A stretch of 63,741 nucleotides of DNA, filler included, from Octopus bimaculoides (taxonomy: Eukaryota), in the NCBI RefSeq assembly GCF_001194135.2. It is 8 parts of 7 records of this genome, joined end to end, with 100 filler letters (N's around TTAATTAATTAA, not from the genome) between each part and the next. Parts side by side here need not be neighbours in the genome. Positions count along the whole stretch, not along the records: positions 44,292 to 54,846 come from NC_068998.1; positions 54,947 to 60,747 come from NC_068988.1; positions 60,848 to 63,741 come from NC_068991.1; 5 more parts are not named here. One strand, 5' to 3'. The notes under the pieces are model-generated. The model had not been told where the DNA came from. It ran no database searches and saw only the letters and a program-made list of their open reading frames with translations. Within the stretch, counting starts at the first letter, position 1. Every line of letters begins with the position of its first letter. Positions 52,098 through 63,741 of the stretch are shown in pieces. The position numbers and the translations under genes are program-made.

Positions 52098-52490
52098 GTT
52101 GTTGTTGTTCTTGGCACTCCGTCGCTTACGACGTCGAGGGTTGCAGTTGATCAGATCAACGGAACAGCCTGCTCGTGAAATTAACGTGCAAGTGGCTGAG
52201 CACTCCACAGACACATGTACCCTTAACATAGTTCTCGGGGATATTCAGCGTGATACAGAGTGTGATAAGGCTGACCCTTTGAATTACAGGCACAACAGAA
52301 ACAGGAATTAAGAGTGAGAGAAAATTGTGGTGGAAGAGTACAGCAGGGTCCGCCACCATCCCCTGCCGGAGCCTCGTGGAGCTTTAGGTGTTTTCGCTTA
52401 ATAAACACTCACCACGCCGGTGTGGGAATCAAAACCGCGATCCTATGACCGCGAGTCCGCTGCCTTAACCACTGGGCCATTGCGCCTCCA
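52098..52490 (-). mobile_element. Full-length tRNA-derived SINE, family C
   Basis: A box TGGCCCAGTGG, B box GGTTTTGATTCC, ~395 nt, (CAA)n tail. Confidence 0.9.
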
Positions 52491-53834
52491 CATATACATA
52501 TATATATAGAAATATAAATAGATAGATGATAGAAGATAAATAAATAGTTAGGTAGATAGATAAATAGGCAGATAGACAGTCAGACAAATAGATGGATAGA
52601 TAGATCGATAGATAGAACGGTAGACAGAGAGACAAAAAAGCAGACAGATAGATACATACATAAATAGAGGGAGGACACTCTCACTAAAAGACATTCGCAA
52701 ACACACACGCCGATGCTGACATAGAAACAGAAATACATAAACTTATAAGCAAATAAGTATTACCCTTATATCCTGTTTAGATAAGTAAACATCAAAATTT
52801 ATAGCCAAATTTAGTCGGAATATGTGATCAAAACTGAGAACGTTATTGAAATCGAGCTAAAATTTACATCAATGAAGCATATTTTTTCAATATTTTATCA
52901 GTTCTTTAATGCATACACACACACGCACTCTCTCTCTGTGTGTGTCTCTCTCTCTCACACACACACATACAGACACACATACACACACACACACTCACTC
53001 ACCCGCACACATGAGCAAACATCACGCACACACACACACATATACTTATATTTATATTTACCTTCCTGCTATCATTTATAACTCCAAATTCGCGAAAGAG
53101 ATTTGTTATGTTTCTTTCAATATGGAATATTTGTTTTGTGTTACGTTTTAGCTCCTAAATTACTTTTGATACAGTTAAAATTTTAAAGCGCCAATGTACA
53201 CACGCACACACGCACACGTACATACATATATATGTGCATGTGTTTGTGCGTTTATGTGTGAGATTGTGTGCGTGCATATGTATATATATATATATATATA
53301 TATNNNNNNNNNNNNNNNNNNNNNNNNNNNNNNNNNNNNNNNNNNNNNNNNNNNNNNNNNNNNNNNNNNNNNNNNNNNNNNNNNNNNNNNNNNNNNNNNN
53401 NNNNNNNNNNNNNNNNNNNNNNNNNNNNNNNNNNNNNNNNNNNNNNNNNNNNNNNNNNNNNNNNNNNNNNNNNNNNNNNNNNNNNNNNNNNNNNNNNNNN
53501 NNNNNNNNNNNNNNNNNNNNNNNNNNNNNNNNNNNNNNNNNNNNNNNNNNNNNNNNNNNNNNNNNNNNNNNNNNNNNNNNNNNNNNNNNNNNNNNNNNNN
53601 NNNNNNNNNNNNNNNNNNNNNNNNNNNNNNNNNNNNNNNNNNNNNNNNNNNNNNNNNNNNNNNNNNNNNNNNNNNNNNNNNNNNNNNNNNNNNNNNNNNN
53701 NNNNNNNNNNNNNNNNNNNNNNNNNNNNNNNNNNNNNNNNNNNNNNNNNNNNNNNNNNNNNNNNNNNNNNNNNNNNNNNNNNNNNNNNNGTGTGTGTAGG
53801 GTCGTGAAGTCTGGGTCCATGTGTGTGTGTGTGT

Positions 53835-54025
53835 GTGTGTGTCTGTGTTTGTCCTCCTAGCATTTTTGACAACTGATGCTGGTGTGTTTATGTCCGCGTC
53901 ACTTAGTGGTTCGGCAAAAGATATCGATACAAAGAATAAGTCCCGGGGTCGATTTGCTCGACTAAAGGCGGTGCTCCAACATGGACGCAGTCAAATGATT
54001 GAAACAAGTGAAAGAGTAAAAGAGT
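53835..54025 (-). mobile_element. Repeat family D copy (another at ~55005-55215)
   Basis: Homology to 23080-23250 and 38090-38225. Confidence 0.7.
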
Positions 54026-54497
54026 AAGAGAGAGATAGAGAGAGAGTATATGTGAAAATGCTGATATATCTATATATTTATATTTTTATATATAAAACTG
54101 TACATTTATATTACAAGTGATTATGGCAGATTCGTTGAAACTCATAGCCTTTGGAAAGGATAGTTATGTGCAATGGCAGTAACATGTTTAGCGTATTGAC
54201 ATTAAGCATATATATTGTTACACAGGTGCATACATATACAAATATTGACACAAAAAACACACATACATTAACATACTCACACACTCGCGCAAAAAGTAAA
54301 GATTTAATCATAGAGATTACATACCGTCTGATTTAAATTGGGAAAACGATAAACATTAGTAATTAATATGAAGTCGACACATGGATAGTATGACGATAAG
54401 AGATAGTTTTAAACAGGAGACAGGGAAAAAGACAGAGGCAGAAGTATCGGGAGAGACCGCTAGCTAGGTAGATAGATAAATAGATAGACAGATAGAT

Positions 54498-54534
<37 letters not shown>

Positions 54535-54577
54535 NNNNNNNNNNNNNNNNNNNNNNNNNNNNNNNNNNNNNNNNNNN

Positions 54578-54673
<96 letters not shown>

Positions 54674-54946
54674 AGGTACAGGGAGCGATAGATAGATAGA
54701 TTGATGAATAGATAGATAGAAATAGAGACAGAGTGTGAGAAAGACAGACTGGTCGAAGTATAGGGAGAGATGAATATAAAGACAACGATGGAGAGAGAGA
54801 GAGAGGGAGAGCAAGAGAGTGAGACTGACAGAAGTATAGAGATAGANNNNNNNNNNNNNNNNNNNNNNNNNNNNNNNNNNNNNNNNNNNNTTAATTAATT
54901 AANNNNNNNNNNNNNNNNNNNNNNNNNNNNNNNNNNNNNNNNNNNN

Positions 54947-54978
<32 letters not shown>

Positions 54979-55823
54979 CATATAAGTGTGTGTATGTGTA
55001 TGTATGTCTTTGTGTCTATGTTTGTCCTCCACACAGCTTGACAACCAGTCTTTGTCCGTTTACGTCCCCATAACTTAGCGGTTCAGCCAAAAATTGATAT
55101 AATGAGTACTAGGCTCAAAACAATAATTACTGGGGACAATTCATTCGACTAACAGTTCTCCAAGGTGGTGCCCCAGCATGGCAGCAGTCTAATGACGGAA
55201 ACAAGGAAAAGATGTAATACACACACATGCTATTTGTATGATTGCGTGTAGTGTTGTGGGTCAAGTTATGGTCTCTACGGTTTTGCTTATACGTGACAAT
55301 ATGATACTCAATGCTCGAGTTAATAATGGTTGTTCTTTCTTCAACCAAGAGAATTTTATATTATTTTGACAGACTTTCCACTTCATTTTGGGCATTATTT
55401 TGATCGGAATTGTTTGTAATATCTATGAGTAAGCATATATTTACCCTGTAGTCCTTGATTATTATGTCTGGGCGATACACTTTGATTCCTTGTTGCTCTG
55501 AATATGCATATCCCAGATGATTGTCGCCTGGCAATTATCATGTATCTTGCTTGGAACATGTTTATATGATTTCTTGTTTTTCTTTGTGACACGTTGTGCA
55601 GTGGATATCACTGCTTACTCGGTCATGTCTGTATATATATTCAGATTCGACCGTAACCATGCAACCAAAGATGATGGAGACAACTGTCTCATTGTCCCGG
55701 TTGCGCATTCGACATTTAATATCAGGACCTGTTTTCTTTATTTTACTTTTATAGTTGTTTGTAATTAGGTATTGATCTTGTGCTGCGATTATTAGTACTT
55801 GCAATAATCAGTACTGCGAAAAT

Positions 55824-55947
55824 CACTTATTCAGTAGCCATGATGAAATTCCGAGTCTCGGATGATCGGATAACTGAAGAGATGTTGGCGTGGGTTCCCA
55901 TCCCGGTATCCGGAACTCGGAGTTTTATCATGGCTACCGAATAAGTG
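55824..55947. repeat. Foldback with 33-bp arms
   Basis: 55824-55856 vs 55915-55947: one A-C mismatch and two G-U pairs. Confidence 0.92.
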
Positions 55948-57398
55948 TCACATATTTTTATTGATAACTTTTGCAGCGATGTTGGCCTTTACTTAAGCTT
56001 ACGTTTTTTCAGTCAAACCTTGCAAATATTGCGTTTAGAGTGATTTTTCTCTACATTTCTTCTTCGGTATGTTTTGCAGTTTTGTGTTTATATTGTGTTT
56101 AATTTCTTTATTAATTTCTGTTGTGTTTTTATCTGATTTCTGTGTTTCAGTGTAGTTTGAATCTGTTTTGTATTTTATCGCCTCCTTGCGAATTCAAGAA
56201 GCATTTTAATATTATTCGTGTTGCTTTATTACAAATAGCTGTCAACCACTTTTTGTTTCTAAGTATATTTGTAGTATATTTATCTAGCTGTTGTTGTAGC
56301 TGTTCTTGTTGTTGCTATCATTATTAATCATATTATTTTTAATTATTTCTTCGTTTATTAGTATCCAGTAGCTGATAATGATTAGGAAGCCAAAGTAAAA
56401 ATTGTCAATTCAGCGGCAGGAAGTGGCTGGCTGTCTTTTCTGTGACAGTAACGGTGCCGATAAAGAGGTGTGCAGTAGCAAAAGGATTGCAAATTATTGC
56501 AGTAATGATTGCAATAATGTGAGCATTAAAATATGCAACAGAAAGTCGAAACACATACATGCATTTTTAGTAAATCTCTCTCCTATTTATGCATATCCCA
56601 TGCATCAAAATGGCTGTTCATTATTAGGTATGTTGCTAATTGTAAAAGTTTATGGACAGTTGCTTTACATTTTCTGCACATTTTCATGCAATGTATTTTC
56701 TCTTGATGACATTAATCTACCTAGCAAATGCTGTGATTTATAATCTTCTCTGAAAATAGAAATAAAACCTTTATTTGGTTCACGTTCTGCTGTTCATATT
56801 TGTCATTACCTATACGTTTCCATCGTGTATGAGCTAATAATGACGTCATAAACCTAATTACTAACATCTGTTTGGCAGTATAATTCTACACCTTTGATGT
56901 TTATTTCTTTAGCTTTCTGTTCCAAATATTCTGATGATTACAGCTTGCCGCAAGCTATCTCGGTATTAGAGACAAACGCAGAGGTTACTTACGAAACATT
57001 TGACTGATTATGTGACTGAATGCGAAAATTATGTTTAAATATTTATTTTATACTGATGACAAATTCAAGAATTAATGATGTATCTTAATAGGTAAGTGAT
57101 AATTTTAAAAAGATAATTAAATTAAATGAATCGAGTAAATATTTTCAGTTTCGGAAAAAATTAATTAGTACTTAGTTCATTTAACAAAATTTTATCATGT
57201 CTAGACACTTCCTCTTCTCTCTGATCCATATGGGAATAAATGTATAAGATGGTTAACTTTCATGTCAAAAATTTATATCATAATCGTACGATCGAACAGA
57301 GCTAAATTTGCTCTCCAGAGACCATTCCTGCCTCTACGTCTGTATGTTTGTCTGTCTGTCTATCTATCTATCTATCTCTTTCTCTCTCTCTCTCACTC

Positions 57399-57505
<107 letters not shown>

Positions 57506-57983
57506 CTATCTCTGTCTGTTTATTTAATACCTATTTATTTATTTGCTATTTATCTGCCAATCTACATCCGTCTTTATCTACCTGCCAATTCTCAATTTTG
57601 GTAGAAGAAAAAATATATTCATCTCAAGACATGTTTATATATGTTCTAATATTTTTAATCGATATGAGTTAAAAAGTCATTCAACAGCCAAGAGTTTCTG
57701 GTTTAGCATTTATCATACACGAAACTGTTGGCGCTTGAATTGCTTTGTAACTTTTGCCGCTTGAATTAATAAAATATCTATCTGGACGTTAATAAATAAA
57801 ACAAAGCTGTCTCGGTATGAGAATGATTTACACGTACAGAAAAGTATTGTTTACTACTCTAGGCACAAAGCCCGACATTTTTTGTGGAGGGGGGCATTCC
57901 ATTAGATCATGAATACATAGATACAAACGGGCTGAGAGACATAGCTAGAGTGACAGACAGACTCATATATGAATGAATATGTG

Positions 57984-58023
<40 letters not shown>

Positions 58024-58770
58024 TGAAATTTACAGAAAAAAGACAGGTGTATGAACAACAACCAGGTGCATAAGTTTGACGCTCGGGAAAGTGAGAAAGT
58101 CTTTTACGTTTCGAGCCTACGCTCTTCGAGAGAAAAGAATAAAAGAAAAGAAAAAGTGAGGGAATAAAAAAAAACAACTTGTGGATATAGCGACCAAGCA
58201 TGGCGATAAATATGTATACAAACTACTATACATACATAAATATGTATATATAGATGTAAGTTTATATAGAGGCATATATACATACACAGATACACACATA
58301 TAGTAGAGAACATAATCTAATTTTTAGTAAATATATGGTGAAAGTTATGGCATGTACTGAGCAGCATGTGGTTATTTCTCTTATGTGCATGTGTACATGT
58401 GTGTGTATGTGTGCATCAGTCTGTCAGAAAGTGTGTGTGAGTGTGTAACTTTTTTACATTACATAGATTCATATCAGTCTAATTAGATATTTTACATAAT
58501 TAGCGTGTACGGTCCTCTGTTGCTCTTGATATACTGCTTTGTTAGTTGTCATTTTTATGTATACATGCATAGTTGCATGCAAACATACGTACATACATAC
58601 ATGCCTACTTACGTGCGTACATGCATACATACCTATTATATACACTTATATTAACTATATATTTATCTATCTACCTACACACACGCACAAACACCCACAC
58701 ACCCACATATATATATATATCATTTTCTCCCTATATCCATATATATATATATATATATATACATACATAC

Positions 58771-58804
<34 letters not shown>

Positions 58805-59692
58805 TTGTGTATGTGTGTGTGTGTGTATGCACGCGTGTGTATATGTTATATATATATATACATACATGTATGTATATATATTTATTTATACATACACAAA
58901 ATATATATGCATGAACATAATTATATATCAATAAGTGTATGGACATGCTTCTCTATATCTATATGTAACTATATGTATATATTTATCTATCTATCCATCT
59001 ATCTATCTATCTGTCTGTCTGTCTGTCTGTCTGTCTGTCACACTCTCTGTTTTTCTGTTTTTCTGCGTGTGTGTGTAAAGAGAGAGAGAAAGACAGAGAG
59101 GGAAAGAGAAAAGGCGAGAAGGTAAGAGGATGGAGGAAAAAAAAGAAATCTTGACGAAAACGGATGTTATGCGAAAAACAAATAGAAAACAGGAAAATGC
59201 TGTAACTAAGGGCAATATTGCAGGGAAACAAACTAGCGTAATGCTTAAAGGTTTTCCAGTTAGCAACGGAAAGCTAATTGAGTTAGTGTAACAGCAGATC
59301 TGCTAAAATGGCGGACTGATTCAATAAAGTCGTATTGTGCAATTGTAGTAGTGTATATATATTTCTGTGTCGATGGTGTTGATGTTAGTTTTGGTGGTGA
59401 TGCCGGTGCTGGTGATGGAGTTGGAGTAGTGTGCAAGGTCTTAGTAATATTTTTTCCTACTGGTTTTAAAGGAAGCAACTGAGCCAGTTATAATGGATAT
59501 CTCCAAGGTTTCTGGATTTTGGGCCACGTGATCACTGTAATATATTTTGCATACGTATATTTTTATCTTTCTCCGACTTACTAAAACATGACAACTTGCT
59601 TGGTAAATCAGTTTGAAGTTCACAGGCGGAAATTACATGAAACTCTTTGAAATTGCCTGTGCTACTGCAAATAATTTTGTTGATGAAACTAT

Positions 59693-59750
<58 letters not shown>

Positions 59751-59789
59751 GATAATAATAATAATAATGATGATAATAATAATAATAAT

Positions 59790-60090
59790 ATGGCTTAGCG
59801 GTTAGAACATTGGGCTCAAAATCGTGAGTTCGATTCCCTTCGGCGTTCTGTTGTCCTTGAGTATGACATTTCATATATTTCCAGTCCTCTTAGCTGGCAA
59901 AAATGAACGGTACGTTTATTTCAAAGGGCCAGCCTTGTCACACTTTATGTCACGCTGAATCCCCACTGAGAACTACGTTAAGGGTACACGTGCCAGTGGA
60001 ATGCTCAGCCACTTGCACGTTAATTTCACGAAAAGACTGTTCCGGTGATCGGATGAATTGGAACCCGCATCTTCGTAACAGACGGAGTGA
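59790..60090 (+). mobile_element. tRNA-derived SINE with a different head but the family C 3' tail
   Basis: TGGCTTAGCGG and GAGTTCGATTCC boxes; ~59915-60090 homologous to the reverse of ~52100-52275. Confidence 0.82.
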
Positions 60091-60690
60091 ATTTAATTGA
60101 ATCTACATCGTAGAAATCGACGTAGATCCATTTACGTACTTTACATTTTCTTGTTCATTTGTATATCGATCGTAATTTATATATCACAATTTTGATTTCA
60201 CTTTGTGGTTGTTGATTTTTTATTCAGCACCAGGTCTAACTTTATAGAACGCAATTATTATTGCGCTTATTTAGAACTACATTAACCAAAATGTCGTCAT
60301 TTCTTTAAGATATTGGGTCATAATTTGAAAATATTTGGATGCTTTTACTAACAGACCAACGACCACTTAGAATCAACTCAGTTGGTTTGCTGCTATTGTG
60401 CGGTATAATCTGAGAGCCACTACATAACATTCTCTTTTGCAGACGAAAATTGTTTTCTTTTAACTAGTCACAAATTGTATGTTTTTGGATGCTTTACAAG
60501 CAAATTACCCCGGGTTACTTGCTTTCTGATCTCACTATCATAATAAAACACCGAAATGGGCAGTTCGTAGATATCTTGTGAAAGTTAAAAGAAGAAAATT
60601 ACCAAATTATATATGGTGAAAATAATATACAGTGACTCTATAAGTAATGCAGCCAGTTTAAAATAATTAAAAAGTTCAAAACTTCAATAA

Positions 60691-60747
<57 letters not shown>

Positions 60748-60848
60748 NNNNNNNNNNNNNNNNNNNNNNNNNNNNNNNNNNNNNNNNNNNNTTAATTAAT
60801 TAANNNNNNNNNNNNNNNNNNNNNNNNNNNNNNNNNNNNNNNNNNNNG

Positions 60849-61134
60849 TATTTGTCTGAATATTTTTTTATTATACCTAAGGCACCTACTATGATAGGAA
60901 TTGTTTCTGTTTTTAAATTCCACATTCGAGTTACCTCTTTTTCCTAGTCTTTGTATTTTGAAAGTTTTTCCATTTCTTTTAGGGAAACGTTGTCATCTGC
61001 TGGTATTGATACATCAATTAGAAAGCATTTTTTTCTTCATGATCTTTGACAACTATATCTGGTCTATTTGCCTTAATTTCTCTATCTGTGTGTATTGGCA
61101 TATCCCAGAGTATGGTTGCTTTCTCAACCATATT
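60849..61134 (-). mobile_element. R4/Dong LINE (family B) REL fragment
   Basis: ATILWDMPIHTDREIKANRPDIVVKD..LIDVSIPADDNV..KYKDLEKEVTRMWNLKTETIPIIVGALG. Confidence 0.9.
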
Positions 61135-61202
<68 letters not shown>

Positions 61203-61210
61203 TAATAATA

Positions 61211-62575
61211 TTTGGCCATACCAAGTAAATACATATACCTTCGGTATCATTAAGTGGAGTCTCACTGACATGCAGAAATTGAATGGAAAGATCCGTAAAA
61301 TCTTTACAAAGTGTCGAATGCACCGTCGAAAATCAGATGCAGGCAGGAAGAGACTCGATACAGCTCGAACAATCCTTCAAATTAGCAATAATAGGACTTG
61401 AAACGTACCTTAATAGAACAAGTGATGTGCTCTCACAAACTGCACTGAAGCATGAAGATTCCAAGAAAGCTTCAGTCATGACGCTTAGTTAGAAATTTAT
61501 AATATTTATTGGCCTACAATTTAACGATAAGAATGACCAAAGACTTCCAAATACTGACAGACCTACCATTGCTTCTCCTGATTTAGAAATTTACAATGAG
61601 AAAGACCAAAGAGATCCAAATAGTGACAAACATATCATTGATACCAAGAGCATCAAACAAAAATCAAAGAAGGTTTGTATGAATAATATCGGAGACAACT
61701 GGAAAAGTAAATTCTTGCATGGAAAATACCCCAACCGCCTGTCCAAGCCAGATATTGATCAAAATCTAACACACCAATGGCTACAAGGGACGTGTCTGAA
61801 AGGGGAAACAGAAGGTTTTGTTATTGCAGTGTAAGATCAGAGCTTACCTACCAGAAACTACTATGCAAACGTCTTTAAAATGGATCTGACCTCTCGTGCA
61901 AAATTTGCGGAAAATACACAGAGACAATTGATCATGTTGTTTCTGGCTGCCCAGTCTTCGCTAAAAAGAAGTACCTCGTAAGACATGATAGACTAGAGCA
62001 GTGCATCCACTGGAATGCTTGTAAATACTACAAAGTTAAATCCCATGACAAGTGGTATAGGCACCATCCAGAGGATGTAGTAAATAGCGAGGGCGTCACC
62101 ATCCTTTGTAACTTCCCAATACAGACACAAAAATTAACTCCAATCGGCAAGACATTGTGATCAAGGACTACAGAAGAACTTGTCTATTAATAGATATGTC
62201 TGTCCCACAAGATCAAAATGTCTCAAGAAAGGAATACGAAAATCTTTCTCACTATAAAGATCTGCAAATTGAAGTCACAAAAATGTGGAAGCATAGTACT
62301 ACGATTATACCAGCAGTAATTGGTGCGTTGAAAATGATAAAGAAGGGAGCTGAGAAGTATATTAAGCAACTCCCTAGTAACTCCTATCTCCGTGAACTAC
62401 AAAAGATAACTTTGATGGGTACAGCCCATATACTACGGAAAGTATTCTCCATCTAAAGTGGAATAAATGTGGGAATAACTTTAGCATGCATAGCAAAACA
62501 AAAGTGCCCTTGCTACTCTTGGCTTCCGGAGGATGCTCGGTACTAAGGCAGCTGAAATAAAGTTATAATGAAAGG
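61211..62575 (+). mobile_element. 5'-truncated R4/Dong LINE (family A): RT end, CCHC knuckle, REL, 3' UTR
   Basis: YTFGIIKWS..LHGKYP..ETEGFVIA..ETIDHVVSGCP..RHD..IHW..LLIDMSVP..GTAHILRKVFSI*; starts directly after (AAT)n at 61135-61210. Confidence 0.93.
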
Positions 62576-62594
62576 AAGTCGTAAATGATAATTA

Positions 62595-62815
62595 TAATAA
62601 TGGTTTCAAATTTTTCCACAAGGGGAGCAGTTTTGGGGAAGGGGATGATTTGATTACATTGACACCATTGTTCAACTGGTACTTATTTTATCGACTCCAA
62701 AAGGATGAAAGGCAAAGTGGACCTTGGCGGAATTTGAATCCAGGACGGAGCAACGGGCGAAATACCACTGAGCGTTTCGTCCAGCGTGTTAACGATTCTG
62801 CCAGTTCACCGCCTT
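62595..62815 (-). mobile_element. SINE family A copy (well preserved)
   Basis: GGCGGTGAACTGGCAGAATCG A box and GGATTCAAATTCC B box on the minus strand. Confidence 0.88.
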
Positions 62816-62816
62816 T

Positions 62817-62984
<168 letters not shown>

Positions 62985-62985
<1 letters not shown>

Positions 62986-63530
62986 GAGTGAGAGAGCAGA
63001 GCATACCATCAAAGTTGACACTGGGGTAAAATATACGAAGCCCAATATATCCATCATGACTATCCGTCTAATAAGGGTACACCAGGCGCATGCATCACAA
63101 CCATATGTGCGTGACATAGTGGTCTCATAAGATGATAAACAGCGCATTACCTTGCAAGTGGGGCCCAGTTAGAATTTTCTTCAGGTCGAGTAGCCCATCC
63201 CGATCAAAAGGTCCTTGAATAAAGGTTGTTTGAGGATATCGAACGAAACACCAATGTTTCTAAAGGTGAATTATCCAAACCCCAAAGAATTCCTCTCAAC
63301 ACATGACTATGATGCTCCCCCACTACTTCTGCTCGTAATCAGAGATGCACATATCGTCAGCCACCAAGGGACATGCTCAACTGGTTAAGATCAAGCAACT
63401 GACAACTAAATCTGTGGTATTGAGCAGAATATTTGCTGTCCATCTTTTATACCAAGACAAAGCAATGTACATGATAACACTTCCAATCAGTTAAGATGAG
63501 AAGCCATGTGAGCCACTGCCTGGTACTGTA
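62985..63530. mobile_element. ~540-bp non-coding interspersed element flanked by (ATT)n on both sides
   Basis: Complex sequence sandwiched between triplet tracts of the same polarity; no convincing ORF and no tRNA boxes seen. Confidence 0.55.
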
Positions 63531-63553
63531 TATTATTATTATTATTTTTGTTG

Positions 63554-63623
<70 letters not shown>

Positions 63624-63741
63624 GTTCTTTTTTCTTCTTCTTTCTTCGAATTTTCTTCCATTTCTCGCCGAGTGTTTTCCGTACACCTAGGGCAGAGAAA
63701 CTCGTTGTATGCGTTCCCAGTTTACACACGCAAATTCACAG

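Overview
AT-rich, microsatellite-saturated animal genomic DNA with many N-gaps. It is most likely an octopus scaffold; this is my inference from recognising the SINE families and repeat landscape, not a search result. Two host genes can be reconstructed by hand. (1) A minus-strand multi-exon gene (~11.1-16.6 kb) encoding a secreted PAN/Apple-domain protein followed by a W-rich domain I cannot name. (2) The first four coding exons of CFAP418/C8orf37 (plus strand, 37790-41734); its 3' exons were not found and may lie in gaps or beyond the window. The rest is transposon debris: R4/Dong-clade REL LINEs in (AAT)n tracts, a second R4-like family sitting in (TACA)n tracts, a Tx1 LINE, Tc1/mariner and hAT relics, a Penelope GIY-YIG fragment and dozens of tRNA-SINE copies. 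The best hunting results are an intact type I hammerhead ribozyme with a 71-nt branched stem II insert (49588-49697, minus), several variant or degenerate hammerhead cores, several long foldback hairpins, and microsatellite-specific retroelement families. All coordinates and alignments were done by eye. Transposon boundaries are approximate (+/- tens of bp); exon and ribozyme boundaries were counted to the base.
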